The position numbers were made by a program, and so were the translations under genes. 64,000 bases of DNA from Alphaproteobacteria bacterium (GTDB lineage: Bacteria > Pseudomonadota > Alphaproteobacteria > Micropepsales > Micropepsaceae), in the NCBI GenBank assembly GCA_947474645.1, contig CANJJD010000002.1:102745-166744 (forward strand), written 5' to 3'. Of this stretch, positions 39,282 to 50,192 are shown piece by piece (the first letter of the stretch is position 1; each line of letters starts with the position of its first letter). The notes beneath the pieces are model-generated. The model did not search any database. It worked only from the letters and a program-made list of their open reading frames with translations, and was not told the DNA's origin.

Positions 39282-40786
39282 GCCTCGTAATGTTCCTTCA
39301 TCAGCCGGTTGAGCAGCCGCACGCCCCAGCCGGTGCCCCAACTGGGAATGGTCGGCTTCTGCTCGCCGTCCTGCCAGGCGACGCCCGCGATATCCAGATG
39401 CGCCCACACCGTGTGCTTCTCGATGAAGCGCAGCAGGAACTGGGCGGCGGTGATGGCGCCGGAATTGGCGCCGCCGATATTCTTCATGTCGGCGATCTTG
39501 GAGCGGATCATCTTGTCATAGAAGGGATCCAGCGGCAGTTGCCACACACGCTCGCCGGTGTAACGGCCCACCGCCTGCACGCGGCTCACCAGTTGGTCGT
39601 CGTTGGAGAAGATGCCGGCATGTTCATAGCCCAGGGTCTGCACGATGGCGCCTGTCAGCGTGGCGAGGTCGATCACCGCCCTGGGCTTGAAGCGGCGCTG
39701 CGTATAGGTCAGCGCATCGGCCAGCACCAGCCGGCCTTCGGCATCGGTGTTCAAGACCTCGATGGTCTGGCCCGACAGGGATGTCAGCACATCATCGGGA
39801 CGGAACGAGGTGCCGTCCGGCATGTTCTCCACCAGCCCGATCACGCCCACCACATTGACCTTGGCCTTGCGCGTCGCCAGCGCCAGCATGGTGCCGGTAA
39901 CGGTGGCGGCGCCCGCCATGTCGCCCTTCATGCCCTGCATGCCGGCGCCGACCTTGATGGAAAGCCCGCCGGAGTCGAAACACACGCCCTTGCCCACCAG
40001 GGCGAAGGGGCGCGCGTTTTTCTTGCCGCCGTTCCATTGCATGACGACAAGCTGGCTTTCTTTCTCACTGCCCTGCCCCACGCCCAGCAGGGCGCCAAAG
40101 CCCTGCTTCTTCATTTCCGCTTCGCCCAGGATTTCGATTTTCACGCCCAGCTTGCCAAGCTGCGCCTTGGCGCGGCGCGCGAACTCGGCCGGATAGAGGA
40201 TATTGGGCGGCTCGTTCACCAGGTCGCGCGCCAGAAAGATTCCGTCGGCCACCGCCGCGAGGCCGGCATGCGCCTTCCTGGCCGCCGCCGCATCCGGCGT
40301 GGCGATGCGCAGCGTCTTCAGTTTCTTCTCATACTCATCCAGGTTGCGGGTGCGGTACTTGTCGAAGGCGTAACTTTTCAGCCGCGCGCCAAAGGCCAGA
40401 TGCGCCGCCAGTTCCGCTTTTTTCACTTTCGCGCCCTTGGGCACGTCAATCTCGATCCGCGCCGCGCTTTCGCCCACCGCATGCAGGCGGGCCACGATCT
40501 GCGCCCCCAGCGTCTCCAACCCCTTCTCGTCCACCAGCTCGGGCTTGCCCAGCCCGGCCAGCACCAGCCGCGACGCCGCCATACCGGCCGGCGCCAGGAC
40601 TTCCAGGATCTGCCCGGCCTTGCCGCTGAAGCGGGAAAATTTCAGGGCGCGGGTGACGGCGCCGCCGCTGGCCTTGTCCAGGCGGACCGCCGCCGGCAGC
40701 AGGGCGCTGCCTTCGGCGGCCCCCACCACCCAGGCGCCCCCGTCTCGGGCCGCGGCGTCATCGGGCGCAACAAAGGAAATCTGCAT
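39278..40786 (-). CDS. pepA: Leucyl aminopeptidase (M17)
   Basis: VGKGVCFDSGGLSIK, MKGDMAGAA, NTDAEGRL, DLATLTGA, HLDIAG. Confidence 0.95.
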   Translation of the reverse strand: MQISFVAPDDAAARDGGAWVVGAAEGSALLPAAVRLDKASGGAVTRALKFSRFSGKAGQILEVLAPAGMAASRLVLAGLGKPELVDEKGLETLGAQIVARLHAVGESAARIEIDVPKGAKVKKAELAAHLAFGARLKSYAFDKYRTRNLDEYEKKLKTLRIATPDAAAARKAHAGLAAVADGIFLARDLVNEPPNILYPAEFARRAKAQLGKLGVKIEILGEAEMKKQGFGALLGVGQGSEKESQLVVMQWNGGKKNARPFALVGKGVCFDSGGLSIKVGAGMQGMKGDMAGAATVTGTMLALATRKAKVNVVGVIGLVENMPDGTSFRPDDVLTSLSGQTIEVLNTDAEGRLVLADALTYTQRRFKPRAVIDLATLTGAIVQTLGYEHAGIFSNDDQLVSRVQAVGRYTGERVWQLPLDPFYDKMIRSKIADMKNIGGANSGAITAAQFLLRFIEKHTVWAHLDIAGVAWQDGEQKPTIPSWGTGWGVRLLNRLMKEHYEA

Positions 40787-40899
40787 GCTATATCTCCGGG
40801 CAAGGACGGGGTATTTTGGCGAAAATCCTAGTTCTGATGCTAGTTTAGGTCGAATCCGCGCCGACCTCCAACAAGGGTGCCCCAAGGCCAATGAAGGTC

Positions 40900-42105
40900 A
40901 TGTCAGACCCGCGCCCAGAGGCGTCCCCGGCGGCGCCAGCGCGCCCGCCAACGCAGAAGGCCGGAAAAACGGGGTGGCTGCGACCGCCGCGCCTGTCCGT
41001 CTATATCCTGGTCCAGCTTCTGGCCCCGGTGGCGGTGCTGACCCTGCTCCTGACCAGCGTGATCTGGCTGGTCTCGATCCTGCCGCTGCTCGACCTGGTG
41101 ATCAATCGCGGCCAGTCGGCGCCTACCTTCCTCTATCTGATCCTGCTGATCCTGCCGACGCCTCTGGTTGTGATCATGCCCATCGCCTTCTTCTTCGCAG
41201 CCCTCTTCACCCTGCACCGGCTGCAGGGCGACAGCGAGCTGGTGGTGATGGCGTCGGCCGGCTATTCGCTGCGCCAGCTCGCCGCCCCGGTGCTGGCCTG
41301 CGCCGCCATCACGATGGTGCTGACCTATGCCTGCGTCCTCTACCTGATGCCGGCGGGCCAGCGGGCGCTGCGCGACAAGGTGATGGATATTCGCGCCGAC
41401 GTGGCCGGCGCGCTGCTCAATGAAGGCGAGTTCAACGCCGCCGCGCCGGGCCTGACCGTGTTCCTGCGCCAGCTTGGCAACAATGGCGAGATCAAGGGCA
41501 TCCTGGTGCACAACAACCAGGACCGGAAGCGGCCCATCACCTACATCGCCGAGAAGGGAATTCTCGCCCAGACGCCGGCGGGCACGCGCCTGATCATGCT
41601 GGACGGCACGGTCGAAACCGGCGCGGAGAACGGCAAGCAGCTCCAGGTTCTGCGTTTCGAAAGCTACACGCTGAGCCTGGACCAGTTCGCCGGGCCGACG
41701 CGCAACACCTTGCGCAAGATGAACGAGCGTTACCTGGACGAATTGCTGTGGCCGCAGGAGAAACAGGGCCTGACTCCACGCATTCGCGACCAGTTCTTTG
41801 CCCAGGCGCATGATCGCATCGCCCAGCCGCTCTATTGCATCACCTTCGCCCTGATCGCGCTGGCGGCGGTGATGCGCGGACGGCGCCAGCGCGGCAGCGT
41901 CGCCTTGCGCCTGACCATGGCCAGCATGGCGGCGGCGGGCCTGCGCATCGCCGGTTACGGCGTGATGGGCGTGGCGCAGCACAGCCCGCCCCTGGTCATC
42001 GTCTTCTATCTTTTGCCGCTACTGGGTGCGGCCGCCGCCATCGCCGTGCTGGCGGGATATTCGCCCACCGCCTTGCGCGCGCGCCTGCGGGTGCAGACGG
42101 CATGA
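40900..42105 (+). CDS. lptF: LPS export permease LptF
   Basis: D.ELVVM.SAG.S motif; first of the YjgP/Q pair upstream of lptD. Alternative start at 40891. Confidence 0.88.
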   Translation: MSDPRPEASPAAPARPPTQKAGKTGWLRPPRLSVYILVQLLAPVAVLTLLLTSVIWLVSILPLLDLVINRGQSAPTFLYLILLILPTPLVVIMPIAFFFAALFTLHRLQGDSELVVMASAGYSLRQLAAPVLACAAITMVLTYACVLYLMPAGQRALRDKVMDIRADVAGALLNEGEFNAAAPGLTVFLRQLGNNGEIKGILVHNNQDRKRPITYIAEKGILAQTPAGTRLIMLDGTVETGAENGKQLQVLRFESYTLSLDQFAGPTRNTLRKMNERYLDELLWPQEKQGLTPRIRDQFFAQAHDRIAQPLYCITFALIALAAVMRGRRQRGSVALRLTMASMAAAGLRIAGYGVMGVAQHSPPLVIVFYLLPLLGAAAAIAVLAGYSPTALRARLRVQTA

Positions 42106-43193
42106 GCTGGTCCTGGACGCTTTACCGGTACCTGGCGGTGCAGTTCCTGCTGGGCGTCACCGTGGTCTATGCCCTGTTCCTGGCGCTGGCCTTCTCTATT
42201 GACGTGGTGGACCTGCTCAACCGCACCGCAGGACACAATGTGTCCACCTCGGTGGCGATCGGCATGGCGGTGCTGCAACTCCCCGATCTGGGCCAGAAGA
42301 TGCTGCCCTTCGCCATCCTGCTGGGCGGCGTGTTCACCTTTGTGCGCCTGTCGCGCAGCCGCGAGCTGGTGGCGACACGCGCCGCCGGCGTCTCGGCCTG
42401 GGATTTCCTGTTGCCGCCGCTGACCGTGGCGGTGCTGATCGGGGTGGCCACCGTCACCCTGTTCACGCCCATCTCGGCGCGGATGTTTTCCGAATTCGCC
42501 GGCCTGGAGGCGCGCTACGTCAAGGGACAGGAAAGCCAGTTGTCGGTGTCGATGAACGGGCTGTGGCTGCGCCAGGGCGATGCCAAGCAGCAATCGGTGA
42601 TCCATGCCCTGCGCGTCGCCCAGCAGGGCGAGCATCTGGAAGACGTGCTGGTGCTGCTCTATGGCGCCGATGATCATTTCCAGGGCCGCATCGACGCCCG
42701 CTCGGCGCAGTTGCGCGAAAATTTCTGGACCCTGAACGATGCCTGGGTGTCAGGCCCCGCCGGCAATCCGGTGCATCATGATACCTACAACCTGCCCACC
42801 ACCCTGACGCCGGAACAGATCGTGGAAAGTTCCACCGCGCCCGATGCGCTGTCCTTCTGGGACCTGCCCGGCTATATCCGCGCCGCCCAGGCCGCCGGTT
42901 TCTCGGCCACCCGCTATCAGCTCTACCTCTATACCCTCTACGCCCTGCCCGCCTTGTTCGCGGCCATGGTGTTCATGGCGGCCAGCTTCTCGCTCCGGCT
43001 GGGGCGCGAAAATGCCGTGGCCCGGGTCATCCTGCTCAGCGCGGCCTGCGGCTTCGGCGTCTTCTTCTTCCAGGACCTGACCACCGTGCTTGGCCGCTCC
43101 GGCGCGGTGCCGACCCTGCTGGCGGCGACGGCGCCCGCCTTGGCCTCTATCCTGATCGGCATGACACTCGTCTTCTCGCAGGAGGATGGCTGA
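42102..43193 (+). CDS. lptG: LPS export permease LptG
   Basis: L.RYLA, SRELVA.RAAGVS, L.FWDLP.YI, C-terminal ...QEDG. Confidence 0.9.
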   Translation: MSWSWTLYRYLAVQFLLGVTVVYALFLALAFSIDVVDLLNRTAGHNVSTSVAIGMAVLQLPDLGQKMLPFAILLGGVFTFVRLSRSRELVATRAAGVSAWDFLLPPLTVAVLIGVATVTLFTPISARMFSEFAGLEARYVKGQESQLSVSMNGLWLRQGDAKQQSVIHALRVAQQGEHLEDVLVLLYGADDHFQGRIDARSAQLRENFWTLNDAWVSGPAGNPVHHDTYNLPTTLTPEQIVESSTAPDALSFWDLPGYIRAAQAAGFSATRYQLYLYTLYALPALFAAMVFMAASFSLRLGRENAVARVILLSAACGFGVFFFQDLTTVLGRSGAVPTLLAATAPALASILIGMTLVFSQEDG

Positions 43194-43257
43194 TGCCCTC
43201 CTCCTGCCTTAATTCAAAGGCGCGTCTGCTGACGCATCCGCGCGGGGAAGCCGGCTG

Positions 43258-45474
43258 ATGCGCGCCAGTGTCTTGCGTCTTGGCCTGCTGGGCGCCTGCG
43301 CCCTGATTCCGCTGATCGCCCAGGCGGCGCAGATTCGCGCGCCCGCCATCAAACCGCCTGCCAAGAACGCGCCCATGCTGCTGCAGGCCGATGAGATCAT
43401 CTATGACAGCGAGGGCAAGACGGTGTCGGCCGTCGGCCATGTCGAGATCGTGGATGACGGCCGCACCCTGCTGGCCGAGCGGGTGGATTATGACCAGATC
43501 AACGACAAGGTAACGGCGCGCGGCCATGTCAGCATCACCGATGCGCGCGGGAATGTCGCCTTCGCCGACCATGTGGTGCTGACCGACCATCTGCGCGACG
43601 GCGCGCTGTCGGGCTTCGGCGCCCTGATCGGCAAGACCGGGCGGCTGGCCGCCCGCCGCGCCCAGCGCGTCAACGGCACCACGGTGATCGCCCATCGCAC
43701 CGCCTACACCCCGTGCAAGATCTGCAACAAGCCCGGCCAGCGCACGCCTTTGTGGCAGGTCAAGGCCGAGCGCGTGGTCTATGACCAGACCAAGCACAAG
43801 GTGCGCTTCAAGAGCGCCACCATTTCCGTGCAGGGCGTGCCCGTGGCCTGGGTGCCGGCCTTTTCGGTGTCCGATCCCACGGTGCGCTATGCCAGCGGGC
43901 TTTTGACGCCGGAAGCCGGCAACTCCACCAAGATCGGCTACTTCATTCGTTTGCCGGTCTATGTCGCGATCTCGCCCAGCCAGGACCTGACGATGGCGCC
44001 GATGTTCTCCACCTCCGGCGGCGACGTGCTGGAGATGGAATACCGCGCCCGCTGGAACAATAGCGGGCTGTGGTTCCAGGGCAGCGGCGCCTACAATCCC
44101 GATGGCGGGCTGGCGGGGTCGCCCGGCGCGCAGACCTATGGCCATATCTTCGGCTCCGGCCGTTTCGCGCTCAGCGAAAACTGGCGCACCGGCTTCGACG
44201 TGCAGGCCACCAGCAACAGCGCCTATATGCGCTTCTACGACATCTCGTTCCTGGACCGGCTGGTCAACGACATCTTCCTGGAGGCCACGCCCGGCCGCTC
44301 GCGCTTCGCCCTGACCAGCTATTATTTCCAGGGCCTGCGTTCCACCGACGTCACCTCGCGCATTCCCTTCGTCCTGCCCAAGGTGGAATTTTCCTACATC
44401 CCCGTCCAGAAAGTGGGGGGGGGCACCTTCCGCTTCGACGTCAACGCCGTCTCCATCGGCCGCGACAACCAGCGCAACGACCAGCGCATCACCGCCGAGC
44501 TGAACTGGAAGAAGCCCTTCGTGCTGGAGAATGGCCAGCTCTGGACCCTGGTGACCGACGCGCGCGGCGATGCCTATCACTTCGACACGCCGCGCGGCGG
44601 CCCGCCCCGCACCAGCGACGCCACATTGGAACGTGGCACCGCCTATGTCGCGCTGGACTGGCGCTGGCCCTTCGTCGCCGAAGGCAGCCGGCCGGGCCAT
44701 TCCTATATCGTGCAGCCCATCGCCCAGTTCATCGCCCAGCCCTATGGCGGCAATCCCACCGGCCTTCGCATCGAAGACTCCCAGGCCTTCGAATTCGACG
44801 ACAACAATATCTTCAGCTTCAACCAGGTGCCCGGCTACGACCTGATCGAGAGCGGCCCGCGCGCCAATGTCGGCGCCATGGCCGAAGCGCTGTTTCCCGG
44901 CGGCAAGGTCGAGGCCCAGGTCGGACAGACCTACCGGCTGAAGCGCGATCCCCTGTTCGCCGCCTTTTCCGGCAATAGCGGCACCTCCTCGGACCTGGTG
45001 GGCAGCTTCTCGGTCAAGTTCCCGCACCTGGACATCACCGACCGCTGGGACGTGGACCGCGGCAACGGCACGGTCCGGCGGCATGAAATCTATGCCACGG
45101 GCAGCTACAACCGCTCGTCGCTGCAGGTCAGCTATGTCCAGCTCCCCCCGTCGGTCCTCACCCTGGGCCTGCCCAGCCGCGAGGAGGTCAACGCCCAGGC
45201 CGACATCAATCTGTGGCGCAACTGGCAGGTGTTCGTCGCCGGCCAACGCGATCTTTCCAACAACCAGTTCCTCAACACCGAATATGGCCTGGGCTATGAG
45301 GATGAATGTTTGGCCTTGTCCCTAGCCTACCGGCGCAGATACACCTCCGACCTGATCCTGGGCGTACCCCCCTCGACCTCGGTCATTCTGCGCTTCAGCC
45401 TCAAGACCGGGGACACCCCGATCCAGCCCTTCTCCTTGTTCCCCCGCGATGTTTTCGCCCTGACCCACCCCTAA
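43258..45474 (+). CDS. lptD: LPS assembly protein LptD
   Basis: LQADEI.YD, YTPC..C...P.WQ, SGLL.P, FEFDD.N.F..N...GYD. Confidence 0.92.
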   Translation: MRASVLRLGLLGACALIPLIAQAAQIRAPAIKPPAKNAPMLLQADEIIYDSEGKTVSAVGHVEIVDDGRTLLAERVDYDQINDKVTARGHVSITDARGNVAFADHVVLTDHLRDGALSGFGALIGKTGRLAARRAQRVNGTTVIAHRTAYTPCKICNKPGQRTPLWQVKAERVVYDQTKHKVRFKSATISVQGVPVAWVPAFSVSDPTVRYASGLLTPEAGNSTKIGYFIRLPVYVAISPSQDLTMAPMFSTSGGDVLEMEYRARWNNSGLWFQGSGAYNPDGGLAGSPGAQTYGHIFGSGRFALSENWRTGFDVQATSNSAYMRFYDISFLDRLVNDIFLEATPGRSRFALTSYYFQGLRSTDVTSRIPFVLPKVEFSYIPVQKVGGGTFRFDVNAVSIGRDNQRNDQRITAELNWKKPFVLENGQLWTLVTDARGDAYHFDTPRGGPPRTSDATLERGTAYVALDWRWPFVAEGSRPGHSYIVQPIAQFIAQPYGGNPTGLRIEDSQAFEFDDNNIFSFNQVPGYDLIESGPRANVGAMAEALFPGGKVEAQVGQTYRLKRDPLFAAFSGNSGTSSDLVGSFSVKFPHLDITDRWDVDRGNGTVRRHEIYATGSYNRSSLQVSYVQLPPSVLTLGLPSREEVNAQADINLWRNWQVFVAGQRDLSNNQFLNTEYGLGYEDECLALSLAYRRRYTSDLILGVPPSTSVILRFSLKTGDTPIQPFSLFPRDVFALTHP

Positions 45475-45630
45475 ACCCGCCCCCGCCCTAGGGTTTTTCG
45501 CAGGTGCCCAGTTTTCCTTGATTGCGGCGGGATTTTCCGTATTTTGTCCGCAGGTTAGGGGGTCCGGTAGCGTCCATATAGAGACGCGGAGCGCCTTGAT
45601 GACCCTTTTTTACGGCCAACGATCAGATTG

Positions 45631-47271
45631 ATGATGCGAATTGCCACCACCCTTTTGCTGGGCGCTGCCGTACTGGCTGGCGCATCGGCCGCATCGCTGG
45701 CCCAAGACGGGTTCAAGCCGGTTCCAGCGGTGGCGCCGCTGCCGTCCAAGGCCGAACCCAAAGCCGAACCCAAGGCCGCCATCAAACAGGCCGCCGTCAC
45801 GCCGCCCGCCGTGGGGCCCGCCGTCAGGCCGGCGATGGACGTTCCGCCCAGCGCCGACGCGCCGCCGACCGCCGACGCGCCGCCCACCGCGGATGACCCA
45901 CCCATCGCGTCCGATGGTCCCCGCGATGCCAACGGCGATCCGGTCGTCCAGGAAGCCAAGAACAACAGCGCGGCAGTGCTGGACGCCGCCAGCGAACAGG
46001 ACGCGGGCGATACCGATTCCATCATCGCCACGGTCAATGACGAATCCATTTCCGCCTTCGAACTGCGCCAGCGCATGTCGCTCTACATGGCGTTGAACGG
46101 CTTCACCATGCAGCAGCTGACGGCCGAGCAGAAGGTCCGCATGCGTACCCAGATCCTGGAACAGCTGGAAGCCGAGAAGGTGCAGCTTCAGGAAGCGGTG
46201 AAGAAGAAGATTACCGTCAGTCCGGTCGAGGTGGACAAGCGCATCAACAACATGATGCAGGAAAACCGCTTCACCATGGATCAGTTGCGCCAGAACCTGA
46301 CGGCCGCCGGGGCCAGCGAGGAAGCGCTGCGCGCCCAGATCACCGCATCGGTGGCCTGGCAGAAGGCGGTGCAGGACGAGTATGGCGACCGGGTGAATGT
46401 CACTCCCGAAATGGTGGCCACGGAAATGGCCCGTTATGCCGAAGGCGCCAACAAGGCGCATTACCGCGTAATGGAAATTTTCCTTCCCGTGGACAATCCC
46501 GAGCAGGACGCCAAGGTCAAAAAAGACGCCGAAGAAGTCGAACGGCAGTTGCACCAAGGCGCGCCCTTCGCGGTGGTGGCCCGCCAGTTCAGCCAGCATC
46601 CCACCGCGGCCACCGGCGGCGACATGGGATGGATTAATGAAGGCCAGCTTGCGCCGGAACTGGACGCGGCCCTGAAGAAGTTGGAGGTGGGCGACATGAG
46701 CGCCCCCATCCGTTCGACCGGCGGCTATTATGTGCTGGGCCTGCGCGAACGCCAGGAGCCCCTGGGCACCAAGATCGCCGATGCGCCGACGGCGGGCGCC
46801 GGCCCCACCGGCACCCTGCCGCTGGCGCGGCTGCTGTTCCCCGTCGACCCGCGCACGCCCAAGGCCCAGCTCGAAGAGATCATGCGCGTGGCGGTGACGA
46901 TCCAGCAACGCTACCAGGGCTGCAAGCAGCTGGACGAGTTGCACACCAAGATGACCGGCACCGTCTATATGGATTTGGGCGATGCCAAGCTGTCCGACCT
47001 CAGCCCGCAGATCCAGGAAGCGATGAAGAGCACCAAGCCGGGTGAAGCTGCCGCGCCATTCCAGGACGAAGCCGGCATCGAGCTGATCGGGCGCTGCGAC
47101 AAGCGCGTCGAAATCAAGACCGCCTATGTCATGCCCACCCGGCAGGCGATAGAAGACCAGCTGTTCCAGAACCAGATCGCCGCCCTGGCGCGGCGCTATC
47201 TGCGCGACCTGAAGCGCGACGCCAACATCCAGGTGCGCGATGACAGCAAGCCCGATGCCCTTATCCGCTGA
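45631..47271 (+). CDS. surA: SurA family periplasmic chaperone/PPIase
   Basis: IIATVNDE.IS, F..VARQFS..PTA..GGDMGW, RRYLRDLKR.A; lptD-surA-pdxA-rsmA synteny. Confidence 0.85.
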   Translation: MMRIATTLLLGAAVLAGASAASLAQDGFKPVPAVAPLPSKAEPKAEPKAAIKQAAVTPPAVGPAVRPAMDVPPSADAPPTADAPPTADDPPIASDGPRDANGDPVVQEAKNNSAAVLDAASEQDAGDTDSIIATVNDESISAFELRQRMSLYMALNGFTMQQLTAEQKVRMRTQILEQLEAEKVQLQEAVKKKITVSPVEVDKRINNMMQENRFTMDQLRQNLTAAGASEEALRAQITASVAWQKAVQDEYGDRVNVTPEMVATEMARYAEGANKAHYRVMEIFLPVDNPEQDAKVKKDAEEVERQLHQGAPFAVVARQFSQHPTAATGGDMGWINEGQLAPELDAALKKLEVGDMSAPIRSTGGYYVLGLRERQEPLGTKIADAPTAGAGPTGTLPLARLLFPVDPRTPKAQLEEIMRVAVTIQQRYQGCKQLDELHTKMTGTVYMDLGDAKLSDLSPQIQEAMKSTKPGEAAAPFQDEAGIELIGRCDKRVEIKTAYVMPTRQAIEDQLFQNQIAALARRYLRDLKRDANIQVRDDSKPDALIR

Positions 47272-48223
47272 AAGCGGATCATTGAATAAGCCCGGTAAGG
47301 CTGACGCACCGATCCTCATCACTATGGGCGAGCCGTCGGGCATAGGGCCCGAAGTCGCGCTGGCCGCCTTCGCGCATTTCGGCGGCAAGGTGGGCAGCCA
47401 TCCCCTGAAGCTGGTGGGCGATGCGCAGCTGTTCGCAAGCGTCAGCAATGCGCTGATCCCCACCAATTCGAAGGTTGCAGCGGTGCCGGGCAAGCCCGAT
47501 CCCGCCAATGCGGCCGCCGTCACCGAGGCCATCGAAATCGCGGTGAAGCAATGCCTGGACGGCGCGGCCGCCGCCCTGGTCACCGCGCCCATCCACAAAT
47601 CGGTGCTGAATGCGGCCGGGTTCGCCTTTCCCGGCCATACCGAATTCCTGGCCCACCTCACCGGCGCGCGCCGGGCAGTGATGATGCTGGCCAGCGACGC
47701 ATTGCGGGTGGTGCCGCTGACCATCCACATGCCGGTGGCTGATGTTCCCCGCGCGATCGACAAGCAATCGGTGTTCGAGACCGGCGAGATCATCCTGACC
47801 GCGCTGCGGCGGGATTTCGGGATTCTCAACCCGCGCCTGGCGGTGGCGGGCCTCAATCCCCATGCCGGCGAAGACGGCGTGTTGGGCAGCGAGGATGAAG
47901 CCATCATTGCTCCCGCCATCGCGGCGCTCAAGGCGCGCGGTTTTGCCGTGAAAGGTCCGCTGTCCGCCGACACGCTGTTCCACGAAGAGGCGCGCAAGGG
48001 TTACGACGCGGCGCTGTGCATGTATCACGACCAGGCGCTGATCCCGATCAAGACCCTGAGCTTCTGGGACGGGGTGAATGTCACCTTGGGCCTGCCCATC
48101 GTGCGCACCTCGCCCGACCACGGCACCGCGCTGGACATCGCCGGACAGGGCAAGGCCGATGTCCGCAGCATGATCGCCGCGATCCGGATGGCGGCGGACA
48201 TGGCCGATGCCCGCAGCCGATAA
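47255..48223 (+). CDS. pdxA: 4-hydroxythreonine-4-phosphate dehydrogenase
   Basis: [49 protein letters not shown]. Start uncertain (47255 or TTG 47282). Confidence 0.94.
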   Translation: MPLSAESGSLNKPGKADAPILITMGEPSGIGPEVALAAFAHFGGKVGSHPLKLVGDAQLFASVSNALIPTNSKVAAVPGKPDPANAAAVTEAIEIAVKQCLDGAAAALVTAPIHKSVLNAAGFAFPGHTEFLAHLTGARRAVMMLASDALRVVPLTIHMPVADVPRAIDKQSVFETGEIILTALRRDFGILNPRLAVAGLNPHAGEDGVLGSEDEAIIAPAIAALKARGFAVKGPLSADTLFHEEARKGYDAALCMYHDQALIPIKTLSFWDGVNVTLGLPIVRTSPDHGTALDIAGQGKADVRSMIAAIRMAADMADARSR

Positions 48224-49037
48224 ATTACCGCCTCTGCGCGAAGTGATCGCCGCACACGGGTTGGCGCCCAAGAAGTCGCTGGGCCAGAACTTCCTGTTCG
48301 ACCTCAACCTGACCGCCAAGATCGCCCGCGCTGCGGGCGCGCAGGACGGCGGCACCTTCTATGAAGTCGGTCCCGGCCCCGGCGGGCTGACGCGGGCGCT
48401 GCTGGGCGAAGGCGCGGATAAAGTGATCGCGGTGGAGCGCGACGTGCGCTGCCTGCCCGCGCTCGAAGAAATCGCCGCTGCCTGGCCGGGAAAACTGCGC
48501 GTCATCTCGGATGACGCGTTGGAACTGGATGAAGCGTCCATCCTGCCGCAAGGCGTGCGCATCGCCGCCAACCTGCCCTACAATGTCGGCACCGCCATCC
48601 TGATCAAATGGCTGACCGCGCAAACCTGGCCGCCGGTCTGGGCCAGCCTGACCCTGATGTTCCAGAAGGAAGTGGCCCAACGCATCACCGCCAAGCCCAG
48701 CGGGGAACATTATGGCCGGCTGTCGGTGCTGGCGCAGTGGCGCTGCACGGCCAAGATATTGTTCGACGTCAACCCGAACGCCTTCGTGCCGCCGCCCTCG
48801 GTGACCTCGTCCATCGTGCGGCTGGAGCCGCGCGAAAAGCCGCTGGCGCCCTGCCGGCTGCCGGATTTGGAAAAAATCACCGCCGCATCCTTCGGCCAGC
48901 GCCGCAAGATGCTGCGCCAGTCGCTTAAAGCCCTGGGCGGCGAGGTGCTGCTGGCCAAGGCGGGCATCGATCCGACGCAGCGGCCGGAAGACCTCACCAT
49001 CGAACAGTTCGCCGCGCTCGCCCGTGCCTTGGCGTAG
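48207..49037 (+). CDS. rsmA: 16S rRNA adenine dimethyltransferase
   Basis: [48 protein letters not shown]. Confidence 0.97.
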   Translation: MPAADKLPPLREVIAAHGLAPKKSLGQNFLFDLNLTAKIARAAGAQDGGTFYEVGPGPGGLTRALLGEGADKVIAVERDVRCLPALEEIAAAWPGKLRVISDDALELDEASILPQGVRIAANLPYNVGTAILIKWLTAQTWPPVWASLTLMFQKEVAQRITAKPSGEHYGRLSVLAQWRCTAKILFDVNPNAFVPPPSVTSSIVRLEPREKPLAPCRLPDLEKITAASFGQRRKMLRQSLKALGGEVLLAKAGIDPTQRPEDLTIEQFAALARALA

Positions 49038-49057
49038 CCAACATTAAAAAAACCTGA

Positions 49058-49840
49058 TCAGCCGAATACGCTGCGCAGCAGGTTGGTGGAGCGCGCCAGG
49101 GGATTGGTGCGGATCGCCGCTTCCTCCACCGCCAGATAGTGAAACAGCCCGTCCAGCGCCTTGCCCACGGTAAAATCCACCAGGTCGAAGCGGCCCATGC
49201 TCTGGCTGACGAAGGGGATGGCGCTCGCCCGGTCCTGCACCGACTTCAGCGCCCGCATGGCGCCCGCGCCGGTCAGCGCCGTGCTGACGATGGGATGAAA
49301 CTCGGTGGTCAGGGTGCCCGATGTGGTGCGCTGGAAATACTGGGTCACCGAATCCTGCGGGCCCGTCAGGATGCCGCGCGCATCGTCAAAGCTCATGCTG
49401 GACGCCGCATCGACGAAGATATTGAGCGCCTTGGGCGCGGCCTGTTCGGCGCCCCGGTTCATCCGAAGGGTCAGATCGTCCAGCAGGCCGGCGGCGCCCA
49501 CCGCCCGCAGCGGCTGGGCAACGCGCTCCAGCCCGCCCGGCAGGGGAATGCGGATGGCGGGATCGCCGAAATAGCCATTGGGCTTGCCGACCTGGCCGAT
49601 CACCTTGCGCGACGCCACCTTCATGGCGTCTTTCAGGCCCGCGCCGATCTGGTTCTGGCTGAGCGCCGCGCCCGCGGGCGCCCCGACGGATGAACCGGCA
49701 GGCGTGGCCGCCGACGATGGGGTGCGCTTGAAAAAATCGCTGACCGCGCCCGGAAGCTGGATCTGGGCCGCGGCCTTCAAGGGCAGCAGCGTGAGCAGGG
49801 CGCCAATAATTGCGCGCCGCGAATTTTCGGTATCGGACAT
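49058..49840 (-). CDS. DUF4197-like exported protein (possible Tat substrate)
   Basis: SRRAII twin-arginine leader; GLKDA, GYFG...IRIPLP, MNR.AE.AAP, ALDGLF..L..EE..IR.NP. Confidence 0.78.
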   Translation of the reverse strand: MSDTENSRRAIIGALLTLLPLKAAAQIQLPGAVSDFFKRTPSSAATPAGSSVGAPAGAALSQNQIGAGLKDAMKVASRKVIGQVGKPNGYFGDPAIRIPLPGGLERVAQPLRAVGAAGLLDDLTLRMNRGAEQAAPKALNIFVDAASSMSFDDARGILTGPQDSVTQYFQRTTSGTLTTEFHPIVSTALTGAGAMRALKSVQDRASAIPFVSQSMGRFDLVDFTVGKALDGLFHYLAVEEAAIRTNPLARSTNLLRSVFG

Positions 49841-49895
49841 TTGGCCCCCGCCATTTCAATCCGTGCAGTATGGCACAAATTCCGCGCGCGGAAAC

Positions 49896-50192
49896 CTAGC
49901 CTTTGGGCGTCACCGCGTCGGCGACCTTTTTCTTGGCGCTGGGCGAAAGCAGCTTCATCACCAGGATAAAGCCCGACAGGACCAGGCAGATGCTGTTGGA
50001 CGCGATCAGCGGCCATTGGCGCAGCATCACCCCATAGGCGCACCACAGCGCAAAGGCGGTGACGGTGATGGCATACATGCCCAGCGAGATGTCCTTGGTC
50101 TGGCGGGTGCGGATGATCTTGACCGCCTGGGGCGCGAAGCTGACGGTGGAGGCGATGGCGGCCAGGCTGCCCAGGATGACAACCGGGGTCAT
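49896..50192 (-). CDS. SemiSWEET/PQ-loop transporter
   Basis: FAPQ.VK..RT..TKDISLGMY, W..YG, I..N; three TM helices. Confidence 0.9.
   Translation of the reverse strand: MTPVVILGSLAAIASTVSFAPQAVKIIRTRQTKDISLGMYAITVTAFALWCAYGVMLRQWPLIASNSICLVLSGFILVMKLLSPSAKKKVADAVTPKG

Noticed and set aside
44415-44423. G9 homopolymer in lptD as a phase-variation tract
   Set aside because: In frame (encodes Gly codons) in a normally essential gene; expected by chance at this GC content.
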